In this document: positions 37,759 through 45,778 of the stretch, in pieces | Layout of the letters: each line of letters opens with the position of its first letter | Position numbering within the stretch: position 1 is the first letter of the stretch | Origin: an uncultured archaeon | GTDB lineage: Archaea; Aenigmatarchaeota; Aenigmatarchaeia; QMZP01 | Direction: 5' to 3' | DNA: 64,000 nt | Assembly: GCA_964607835.1 (NCBI GenBank) | Contig: CAZSLL010000002.1 | Coordinates: 20,014 to 84,013, forward strand | Program-made: the position numbers and the translations under genes | Notes under the pieces: generated by a model | Databases searched by the model: none | What the model was told of the DNA's origin: nothing | The model's input: the letters and a program-made list of their open reading frames with translations, nothing else

Positions 37759-37791
37759 CAAGGGAAATCATGAGCATTAGCAGGGAGCGGT

Positions 37792-37821
37792 CTGGCGCCG
37801 CGCAAACATGACTCGCGCCAG
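37792..37821 (+). other. Inverted repeat (7-bp stem CTGGCGC/GCGCCAG, 16-nt loop) 34 nt after the giant-gene stop
   Basis: Seen directly in the sequence. No oligo-T tract follows, so a terminator role is uncertain. Confidence 0.3.
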
Positions 37822-37855
37822 TCGCATAGGAGCGTATGCAGGTGTCAGAGATACC

Positions 37856-37926
37856 TGACTGAAAGCAACGCATGCCGCTTCGAAGGAGCGGACTGAAAGC
37901 AACGCGTGCCGGTTCCGGAGGAACCG
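37856..37926 (+). repeat. Two tandem ~34-nt units 'GACTGAAAGCAACGC[A/G]TGCCG' + short hairpin, in the giant-gene/coiled-coil-gene intergenic region
   Basis: Unit 1 spans 37856-37889 with hairpin CCGCT-tcgaagg-AGCGG. Unit 2 spans 37890-37926 with perfect hairpin CCGGTT-ccggagg-AACCGG. A GGAGGA Shine-Dalgarno-like element lies at 37941-37946, 8 nt before the ATG at 37954. Confidence 0.5.
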
Positions 37927-37953
37927 GGTTGAAAGGAAACGGAGGAGATTCGA

Positions 37954-39903
37954 ATGGGAGAGGATTTGACTGAACTGCAGAAGCAGAGGGAAGACATAAA
38001 GATACTGCTCTCCACCCTTGAGGAGGCTTACAGCGACGCTAGCATAACAGAGGAGCACTACAAGGAAGTGAAGGGCAAGAACGAGAAGAGGCTCAAGGAG
38101 CTGGACGCGAAGATTTCAAAGCTTGAGGCTTCCTCAGCAGGGCCTGCTGAGAAGGAAGGGCCTGCCAAAGAGGGGGCCGAGAAGGCAGAGAAGGAGAAGC
38201 CCGAGGAGCCAAAGCCAGAGAAAGCCAAGCCCAGGAAGAGGGGAAGGCCAAAGGGCTCCAAGTCCAGGCCAAAGCCCGCCCCTGCACATGCATCTCCCTC
38301 CCAGCCCTCTCCTGAATCCGCTCCCGCGCAGCCTTCAACTTCCACAAGCGAGTCCGCCCCCTCCTCAGGTGGGGAAGCCGGGAGCGGGGGCCAGTCCGAC
38401 TACTCGGGCATACCCCAGCCCCTCACTGACATCGCGGGTGAGGGCGGGGGAGCCCTCGGGAGCGGGCCGGACAAGGGCTCAGGTCCGACTGCAGAGCCGG
38501 GCAGCCTGAGGTACACTGCCCAGGAAGTCAAGGACATGCTGGACAAGGTGCTCAAGGAAATCCGGCCTGAGGGTATAGAGGTTGCCCCCAAGGTCGAGAA
38601 GCTTGAGGTCCAGCTCGAAAAGCTCAGGGCCTACATTGAGGCCATGAAGGATGAGAAGTCAGGGTCCAAGGAGGGTATCCAGAGGCTCACCGAGGAGCTG
38701 GGAGAGATGCGCTCCAACGTCTCGGGCATAGACCGCAAGGTGTCAGAGTCCGAGATGAAGGTGCAGGAAATTGACCAGGCCCTGGGAGACCTCAGACCCC
38801 AGAGGTTCACCAAGGCCCTGCAGGACGAGGACAAGACCATCAAGCTCCACGAGGCCAGGCTGGACAAGCTGGACGACCTCAACTCTGTGGTCATGAAGAA
38901 GGTTGGCCAGATAGAGGAGGTGCTCAAGCGGCTGGGAAGCCTGGAGAAGATTGTGAACTTCTCCAAAGAGGCGGCCAAGAGACTCATCGAAATCGAGAAC
39001 AGGGAGAAGAAGATAAATCGGGTGGCTGACAAGATTGACGGCATATTCGTGGACCTCAACAAGAGGCTCCAGGAGTTCGCCCTGTACAAGGCCAAGCAGG
39101 ACACAATGGACGAGCTCTCCCAGGAGATGATGAAGTCCATGGACGAGCTCAACACCAAGATGGAGAAATACGTGGAGAAGTCAGAACTGGAAAGCTTCAA
39201 GGATGCCATCCAGGCTGAGCTGGCCAGCATCAGGACAGCGGGAGGGGCCAGCCCAGAGGTCCAGAAACTGGAGTCCCAGAAGACCGAGATTGAGGGGCTT
39301 ATCGCTATGCTGGACGAGCAGTTCAAGGCTGGTGCCCTGCCAGAGAAGGAGTACAAGAAGACCAAGGCCATCAACCAGCAGAGGCTGGAGAGCATAGACA
39401 AGAAGATACAGGCGGCCCAGTCCGGTCAGGCCGTGTCCGGGGAGACCGAGTCAGGCGCACCTGCACCAACACCGGTTTCAGGGGAAGCCGGCTCCGTGGA
39501 GGCTGCCCCCGAGGAAGGTGGTTCCCCAGAGTCCGCAGCCCCGGAATCCAATCGTCCCGGGGAGAGCGGGGCCTCGGGTGCCAGGCCTGGCGATGGCAAG
39601 GGCCCGGAAGCAAAGCCCACTGAGGAAGGCGGAGCCCCGGAGGGCGGGAGCCAGCCCGCCGGCAGCGAGGCGACCGGGCAGGAACCTGGCCAGGCAATGC
39701 CCAGCCCGCCGGCACCTGAGAAGCAGGGAACGCCCGGGAACGAGGGGGCCTCTGGTACCAAAGACCAGCAAGCCGGAGAGAATGAGCAGACCCTGACCAG
39801 GCAGCAGGAGCTTCTGGCAGAACTCGAGAACTCCTATGCCAGGGGGCTCATAAGCAGGGAGGCCGCGGAAAAGGCAAGGAAACTGGTGAAGGATGACGAG
39901 TAA
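37954..39903 (+). CDS. Cytoplasmic coiled-coil protein with K/E/P-rich and P/G/E/A-rich disordered segments and three SHOCT-like helical motifs (N-terminal, central, C-terminal)
   Basis: A 649-aa ORF with an SD-like site upstream and no TM segment. Coiled-coil heptads run over about residues 190-470. SHOCT-like stretches are 'IKILLSTLEEAYSDASITEEHYKEVKGKNEKRL', 'IEGLIAMLDEQFKAGALPEKEYKKTKAINQQRL' and 'LLAELENSYARGLISREAAEKARKLV'. The stop overlaps the start of the next gene by 11 nt. Confidence 0.78.
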   Translation: MGEDLTELQKQREDIKILLSTLEEAYSDASITEEHYKEVKGKNEKRLKELDAKISKLEASSAGPAEKEGPAKEGAEKAEKEKPEEPKPEKAKPRKRGRPKGSKSRPKPAPAHASPSQPSPESAPAQPSTSTSESAPSSGGEAGSGGQSDYSGIPQPLTDIAGEGGGALGSGPDKGSGPTAEPGSLRYTAQEVKDMLDKVLKEIRPEGIEVAPKVEKLEVQLEKLRAYIEAMKDEKSGSKEGIQRLTEELGEMRSNVSGIDRKVSESEMKVQEIDQALGDLRPQRFTKALQDEDKTIKLHEARLDKLDDLNSVVMKKVGQIEEVLKRLGSLEKIVNFSKEAAKRLIEIENREKKINRVADKIDGIFVDLNKRLQEFALYKAKQDTMDELSQEMMKSMDELNTKMEKYVEKSELESFKDAIQAELASIRTAGGASPEVQKLESQKTEIEGLIAMLDEQFKAGALPEKEYKKTKAINQQRLESIDKKIQAAQSGQAVSGETESGAPAPTPVSGEAGSVEAAPEEGGSPESAAPESNRPGESGASGARPGDGKGPEAKPTEEGGAPEGGSQPAGSEATGQEPGQAMPSPPAPEKQGTPGNEGASGTKDQQAGENEQTLTRQQELLAELENSYARGLISREAAEKARKLVKDDE

Positions 39904-42900
39904 GGGAAGCGGGAATGCAAGGAGAATTGGCCTCCTCTTGGGGGCGCTGGTGCTGGCAGCCCTGCTGCTACACAACCAGAACGCTGTGCAGCAGGAGTAC
40001 GGTGAGGAGTGGTGGAACGGGAGCTGGCACTACAGGGTCAAGATAGATGTCAGCACCGAGAGCATGGAAAGGACTGACTGGCCCGTGGAGTACGAGGCCA
40101 ACTTCACCAGCCTCTTGAATGACCTGGGCGTGAGCGGTGAGTTCGACCCTAACTCCACCAGGGTGCTGGAGGTCAACTCGAGCGGGGGCATCCTCAGGGA
40201 GGTCCCCAGCCAGTTCGACCCTGCACTCGATTACAACTCCACCAGCAACGCAGCCGGTGAGTTGGTTTTCATGCTCAACGGCACCAACGCCCCCGGCACG
40301 ACCAGGTGGTTCTACGTGTACTTCGATACCACGAGCCATGCCAAGTCAGGGGCCACATACGACAGTGAGCTTGAGGCCCAGTGGGACGGAGAGGAGTTCA
40401 ACATCACATTCAACAACCAGGACACAGAACACTACGGATTCTTCGCTTTTGACACCGAGAGGGGAGAGAACACCTCCGGTCTCTACCAGTTCAGGCTCTA
40501 CGACACCTGGAGATTCACCTATCCCAACAGCAACCAGAAGACCAGGGAGTACATACGCACCACTGACGGCTCGAGCGACTTTGGATATGACCTCAGGGAC
40601 AACGCCACGATGGTCGATGGCCCTGCAAGGGTCACGGTGCGCCAGGAGGGCTACGAGGTCTACTTCGGGGAGGCAGACAACCGGACCAACAAGACCTACA
40701 TCAGGAAGACCTATTACTTCTACCCAAACAAGACCTGGTTCGTTGTTGAGCAGGAAATCTTGAACATCAACGGCTCCAGCGTGGACAGGGCCTCCTATGC
40801 AGGGCTCTCGGGATTCGACCTTGAGGGAGCCTACGGAATAGGCTACAAGTGGCTCACCAACTACACCCAGGACCCCGGCTCCTATGTCTCGGGTGGCGGT
40901 GGTACGGGAGTGGAGAGGGTTGGCTACGCCAACCTCTGGGAGAACTCGACATCGAACTTCATGGCAGGCAACTCCACTGACGGGGGGAGCCCTGACTACG
41001 ACCTCATCGGCATCAACCTGAGCATGACCACCATAGAACCCGGCGAGTCCATCAGGAACAGGTTTGTCATGGTTTTCTACCACACCGTGAACAGCCCCAC
41101 ACTGCTCCCTGACACAATGAGAGGCCTGATGAACGGCGTGAGCATAGCAGAGGAGGAGCCTGAGATGTGGGTCATCACCGCCCAGCCCGAGCCTGACCAC
41201 GGAATCTACAACCGCAACGAGTCTGCCATACTGGTGGCAAACGTCACCAGGGATGACTGGTACATCGTGGACCACGCCAACGCCACCCTGGACATGGGCA
41301 CCCCGGGCAGCTCGGCAGACGACATCACCGTGAGCCTCAGGGACGACGGGGCATGCCCTGACCAGGCCGCGGGGGACGGATACCACTCAGCATACTACAA
41401 CTTCAGCGACTCAGAGGCCACTGGGGAATGGAACATGACCGTCAGGCTCTATGACAGGGACGGCGCCTTCCTGAATGAAAGCTATTATACATTCAACATC
41501 ACCGACGTGCTGGAGCTCTCCATAGACATCTGGAACGTAACAGGCATATGGAGGGTGGAGAACGCCACGGTCAACGTGACCAACTACATGCAGGACATCC
41601 AGGTCCCGGGAGCCACCCTGAACTGCACCTCGAACCAGGGCCAGATACCACAGGAGAACATAACTGACAACGGTGACGGCACCTATGTTGTCACCTTCGA
41701 GACGCCCCTGGACTACGGCCTCTACCCCCTCAACTGCTCTGCCCAGAAGGACGGGAGCTGGGGATGGCAGCTCGAGAACTACACGGTCGAGGCCCCTGAG
41801 ACAAACATCTCCCTGACCACAGACCCGTCACTCTACCATGCCTACAACGTCACCTATTTCAGCAACGAGTCATTCGGTCTCAAGGTTACCCTGAGGAATC
41901 TGGAGAACTCCACTGCCTACTGGGCCAACATTACCCTGGATGTGCCCGGCAACCTTACCTCGAACTCCACGCTCGAGACGTGCGGGGAGAACCTCCTCAT
42001 CGGCCTGACCTGCGTCAGGCACTTCAACATCACTGTTCTTAACAACACCATCAACGACACCTACCAGATAGGCGTCACCATAAACTGGACAAACAGGGTG
42101 GGGACCCAGGACTCCAACACCACCGCAGTGGACGTGATTGTCCACGAGACCCCAACTCTGAACGTGCTCGAGGAGAACGTGACAGGAATCCTCCCGCCAG
42201 GGGCAAACAGCCAGAAGATAGAAACCCTGGTTGCCAGGTCAGACGGTAACAACAGGGTATACAACATCAACTTCACCAAGGTGGGCCTGGGAAATTTCAC
42301 CATTGGCTTCTCCCCGCAGGAGACCGGGATGCTCGGGCCGGGCGAGAGCCAGCCTGTCGAGGTAACGGTAACCGTGCCCGAGGGCCAGTTCCCGGGAATC
42401 TACTACGGCTTCATAAACGCCACCTCTGACAACGGGGGCTACGATGTACTGAACACCACCATAATAGTCACAGGGACCAACCTCACCATAAACGCCAGCC
42501 CCGAGACCTACTCTGCCATGTACGTCACGGCATTCACCAACGAGAGCATGGAGATTGCGGTCAATGTCACCAACATCGGCAACACCACGGCCTTCAACAC
42601 CTACGTCAACATGACCTTTCCCGGGAACTGGTACATCAATGAGACCAGCCACTCCTGCGGGAACATGACCAGGGGAAGCACGTGCATGTCCTACTACTAC
42701 ATAAACATAACCGAGCTAACCCACGCCGGGAGCTATGACGTCGAGGCAATGATATTCTGGGAGGACATAGGAATCTCCTGGTTCGACCGCAACGACACCG
42801 TGAATGTGACAGTGGTCTCCAATGCCACCCTCGAGGTGCTGGAGGACCAGTTTGTCAAGACCATGGAGCACGACAACACATCTCTCCTTGGTGAGCTCAC

Positions 42901-45778
42901 GCTTCGCTCCACAGGCAACGATGATTTGTCAGATGTCAACTTCTCCATATCAGGCATATTCAGCGAGTTCGTGATAGGCTTCAACAAGAGCTACCCGTTC
43001 ACCATGGCCCCGGGCGATGTGTTTACTGTCAGGGTGAACGCCACCACCTATCCCGGATTCTCCCCAGGGGATTATGACGGATACATCAACGTGACCTCGT
43101 CCAACGACGGCTACAAACCAGTTGAGCTCAACATAACCGTGCCCCAGAATGGCTCCTGGACCATGAACACCACCTTCTGCGAGCACGCCCAGAGCCCCAA
43201 CTCAGGCACTGTTTGCGATGTGCTCATAAACAACACCGGCAACATAATGCTCAACTTCACCATCGAGCCCCCGGCAGGCGCCAACCACACAACGCCCAGC
43301 AACGCCACCCTCAACATTAGCAAGCAGTCATCTGACGTGCTGTCCATATTCTACGACATGGGCACAGAGGCAGGGGAGGGCTTCTTCTTCACCAACTACA
43401 CCGTTGCCCCCAACCAGAGCGCAGGAGAGCCCGGCAACCTGATCCTTTCCATACTCCTCAACCCCTTCGTCGAGCCCCTGGTGGAGATAGGCCTGACTCC
43501 TCCTGACCAGCAGCAGGCAGGCAGCACCGCCATGGTCATCAATGTCACCAGCCAGTCAGGGGCAGAGTTCGACGATGTGAGGCTCACTGTTCAGAGGCCT
43601 GACGGCACCAACGACACCATGTTGCTGGGTTTCAGCCACCAGGTGTTCTGGTACGGCTGCGACTTCAGCATCAGCGACCCTGGCGACAAGCTCTGCTTCC
43701 AGGTAACGTACCCGGGAACCCTTCCTGGCAACACCAGCGAGCGGGGCAACTACACCGTGTTCGTTTACGCCAACGACACTTACAGGGTCAACACCACCAA
43801 CACCTCCACGCTCAGGATTTTCACTCGCTACATGGCCAACGTCAACATGCCCGATGTTATCCAGGGAAGCTGGGAGAGCATTGAGTACAGGGCCACAGAC
43901 TACCTGGGCGCCGCCCTGCCCTACGCCTCGGTCAACCTCACGGTTAAGGACCCCAACAACCGGATAGTGTACATGCTCTCGGGGAAAGAGTACACAGCCG
44001 ACGAGCAGGGCTGGGTGGGGGACAACATATTCGTCATCCCGGGCCATGCCACAGAGGGCGAGTACAGGGTTCTCACCAACGGCTCCTGGACTGACCCTGA
44101 CCTGGGCATGCTGGTGAGCAATGAGACCGAGGCCATGTTCAATGTGACGGCCAACCAGGAGCTCACCGGAAAGGTGGCCGTGCCCAGCCCCATATACATG
44201 GACAACACCATGACGGTCTCTGTTATAGTGCTGGAGAACCTTCACGAGCCTGTGGACCCTGACGAGATAAACGTGACCATATACTACACAGAGGGCTACG
44301 GACTTCAGGAGTGGAGGACGCTTGACCTCTCTGACTTCAACCGCACCCAGGAGGGATTCTATGAGTACTCAGAGGTCCTGAGCAGCGTGCTCACGGGCAG
44401 CTACCTGGCCCTGCTAAGGGTCTCCCTGGGAGAGAGGGAGACCTATGACATCCAGCCCTTCAGGGTGGCCTCAGGAGGGCCCTACGACGTCATCCTGGAC
44501 CTTGGCGAGAGCGAGGTTCAGCAGGGAAGCACCCTTCCCTTTGACATCACCATATGGAACAAGGGAGAGGTGGACCACAAGGACGTGGTTGCCACCTACT
44601 GGGTGTACGGCAGCGGCCAGAGCTGGGACTCTTCCAGCTTCTCCACCAACATAGTGGGAGGTCAGAACAAGACATTTGGCAGGACTTCTTTCATATACTC
44701 CAATCAGCCCCCTGGCCTCTACACCCTCAACGCAGAGGTGCTCTACGACCCCAACCAGCCTCCTGCCACCGCAAACGCCACTTTCCTGGTCACCAGCACC
44801 GCAGAAGAAGATGAAGGAGGCGGCGGGGGCGGGGCTCCTGCCCCCGGAGGCGCAGCGCCCGCGGCCCCCAGGGGTACCCTCAACATCACAGAGGCCCCTG
44901 ACGTTATAGGGGCAATGGTGGGGCTTCCCAAACTCTTCAGTATAGAGGTGGAGGCAGTGGGCGGGCCGGTGACAGGAGTGGAGCTGGACTTCCAGGGAAT
45001 CCCTGAATCCTGGGTAACCGTGGAGCCCGTCAACCTGAGCAGGATTTCCTCAGGAGGGACAGCAATATTCACGGTCCAGCTCCTGGTTCCCAGGGGGGAG
45101 TCAGGGGACAGGAAGGTCAAGGTGGTGGCCCGCTCCAAGGAGTCCACTGACGACAGCGATTTCACGCTGAGGATATTCACATCCAGGCAGGACCTCATCA
45201 GCTTCGAGCTGGCCAGGCTCAGGGCCAAGCTCGAGGAGCTCAGGGAGCGCTCAAGGAAGGCGGCTGAGGCCGGGTTTGACACAGGCAGGGTGGACGACAC
45301 CCTGGATGATGCCGAGAGGGAGATAGAGCTCGCAGAGCAGTACCTGAGGGAGGAGCTCTACGATGCCTCCCTGGAATCAGTCTATACTGCCTGGAAGCTC
45401 CTGGACAAGGCCGAGGATTTGCTCGACCTGATGCTGGCAGGGTTCTCGCTTCCCTGGTGGCTCATTGTCATCATAATTTTCGCCCTGGTAACGGTGGTGC
45501 TGTTCTTCCTGTACAGGAAGATAAGCAGAAACCTCTCGGTCATGGTCAGGGGAAGGCTCTCCGAAGCCAGGCAGGTGGCAGGTACCATAAAGGGCTCAGG
45601 CGCTGAGGTGGACTCCCTCAGGGACGAGAAGGCCAGGGTCACCAGGATGCTCAAACTCCTGGAAACCCAGCACAAGCAGGGCATAATATCCAAGGAGGCT
45701 TACGACAGCCTGAGAAAGAGGAGCGAGCAGAGGCTGGGGGATATTGACAAGAAGATAAGGCAGTCCCTGTCAGGCTAG
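39893..45778 (+). CDS. 1961-aa surface protein: N-terminal signal/anchor, DUF2341-like domain, sequon-rich CARDB/Ig-like repeats, Gly/Ala/Pro linker, membrane-proximal helical stalk, TM helix, SHOCT-like cytoplasmic tail
   Basis: The N-terminus 'MTSKGSGNARRIGLLLGALVLAALLL' is followed by 'WHYRVKIDVS..TDWPVEYEANF...' (DUF2341-like). The linker is 'EEDEGGGGGGAPAPGGAAPAAP'. The TM segment 'LPWWLIVIIIFALVTVVLFFLY' is at nt 45445-45513. The tail '..RMLKLLETQHKQGIISKEAYDSLRKRSEQRL' is SHOCT-like. Confidence 0.85.
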   Translation: MTSKGSGNARRIGLLLGALVLAALLLHNQNAVQQEYGEEWWNGSWHYRVKIDVSTESMERTDWPVEYEANFTSLLNDLGVSGEFDPNSTRVLEVNSSGGILREVPSQFDPALDYNSTSNAAGELVFMLNGTNAPGTTRWFYVYFDTTSHAKSGATYDSELEAQWDGEEFNITFNNQDTEHYGFFAFDTERGENTSGLYQFRLYDTWRFTYPNSNQKTREYIRTTDGSSDFGYDLRDNATMVDGPARVTVRQEGYEVYFGEADNRTNKTYIRKTYYFYPNKTWFVVEQEILNINGSSVDRASYAGLSGFDLEGAYGIGYKWLTNYTQDPGSYVSGGGGTGVERVGYANLWENSTSNFMAGNSTDGGSPDYDLIGINLSMTTIEPGESIRNRFVMVFYHTVNSPTLLPDTMRGLMNGVSIAEEEPEMWVITAQPEPDHGIYNRNESAILVANVTRDDWYIVDHANATLDMGTPGSSADDITVSLRDDGACPDQAAGDGYHSAYYNFSDSEATGEWNMTVRLYDRDGAFLNESYYTFNITDVLELSIDIWNVTGIWRVENATVNVTNYMQDIQVPGATLNCTSNQGQIPQENITDNGDGTYVVTFETPLDYGLYPLNCSAQKDGSWGWQLENYTVEAPETNISLTTDPSLYHAYNVTYFSNESFGLKVTLRNLENSTAYWANITLDVPGNLTSNSTLETCGENLLIGLTCVRHFNITVLNNTINDTYQIGVTINWTNRVGTQDSNTTAVDVIVHETPTLNVLEENVTGILPPGANSQKIETLVARSDGNNRVYNINFTKVGLGNFTIGFSPQETGMLGPGESQPVEVTVTVPEGQFPGIYYGFINATSDNGGYDVLNTTIIVTGTNLTINASPETYSAMYVTAFTNESMEIAVNVTNIGNTTAFNTYVNMTFPGNWYINETSHSCGNMTRGSTCMSYYYINITELTHAGSYDVEAMIFWEDIGISWFDRNDTVNVTVVSNATLEVLEDQFVKTMEHDNTSLLGELTLRSTGNDDLSDVNFSISGIFSEFVIGFNKSYPFTMAPGDVFTVRVNATTYPGFSPGDYDGYINVTSSNDGYKPVELNITVPQNGSWTMNTTFCEHAQSPNSGTVCDVLINNTGNIMLNFTIEPPAGANHTTPSNATLNISKQSSDVLSIFYDMGTEAGEGFFFTNYTVAPNQSAGEPGNLILSILLNPFVEPLVEIGLTPPDQQQAGSTAMVINVTSQSGAEFDDVRLTVQRPDGTNDTMLLGFSHQVFWYGCDFSISDPGDKLCFQVTYPGTLPGNTSERGNYTVFVYANDTYRVNTTNTSTLRIFTRYMANVNMPDVIQGSWESIEYRATDYLGAALPYASVNLTVKDPNNRIVYMLSGKEYTADEQGWVGDNIFVIPGHATEGEYRVLTNGSWTDPDLGMLVSNETEAMFNVTANQELTGKVAVPSPIYMDNTMTVSVIVLENLHEPVDPDEINVTIYYTEGYGLQEWRTLDLSDFNRTQEGFYEYSEVLSSVLTGSYLALLRVSLGERETYDIQPFRVASGGPYDVILDLGESEVQQGSTLPFDITIWNKGEVDHKDVVATYWVYGSGQSWDSSSFSTNIVGGQNKTFGRTSFIYSNQPPGLYTLNAEVLYDPNQPPATANATFLVTSTAEEDEGGGGGGAPAPGGAAPAAPRGTLNITEAPDVIGAMVGLPKLFSIEVEAVGGPVTGVELDFQGIPESWVTVEPVNLSRISSGGTAIFTVQLLVPRGESGDRKVKVVARSKESTDDSDFTLRIFTSRQDLISFELARLRAKLEELRERSRKAAEAGFDTGRVDDTLDDAEREIELAEQYLREELYDASLESVYTAWKLLDKAEDLLDLMLAGFSLPWWLIVIIIFALVTVVLFFLYRKISRNLSVMVRGRLSEARQVAGTIKGSGAEVDSLRDEKARVTRMLKLLETQHKQGIISKEAYDSLRKRSEQRLGDIDKKIRQSLSG

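Noticed and set aside
971-37530. Dozens of 60-350 aa ORFs on the minus strand and in alternative + frames inside the giant gene (e.g. 4063..4848 -, 7153..7923 -, 24841..25752 -, 29962..30717 -, 35893..36801 -)
   Set aside because: All are fully embedded in the single coherent >37 kb reading frame, which has consistent codon usage and repeat and domain structure. Their translations are Gly/Ala/Val/Arg/Pro-rich, as expected for antisense frames of GC-rich DNA. They have no independent support.
36690-37755. C-terminal ATPase domain as a separate gene
   Set aside because: There is no stop codon between the ectodomain, TM helix and ATPase region in this assembly, and no RBS or start context at the domain boundary. 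I treat it as a genuine fusion, with a sequencing-error frameshift as the caveat.
37856-37926. Possible CRISPR array or tRNA in the 195-bp intergenic region
   Set aside because: There are only two repeat units, adjacent with no spacer between them, and no cloverleaf or T-loop (GTTCRANYC) signature. I call it a tandem hairpin repeat instead.
38058-39975. Overlapping ORFs in other frames and on the opposite strand of the coiled-coil gene (38123..38509 +, 38631..39401 -, 39478..39975 -)
   Set aside because: They arise from the low-complexity, purine-rich, repetitive coding sequence (Lys/Glu/Pro and Gly/Ala codons). Their products are Ser/Leu/Pro/Arg-rich nonsense. The + frame starting at 37954 has an RBS, coiled-coil periodicity and SHOCT-like motifs.
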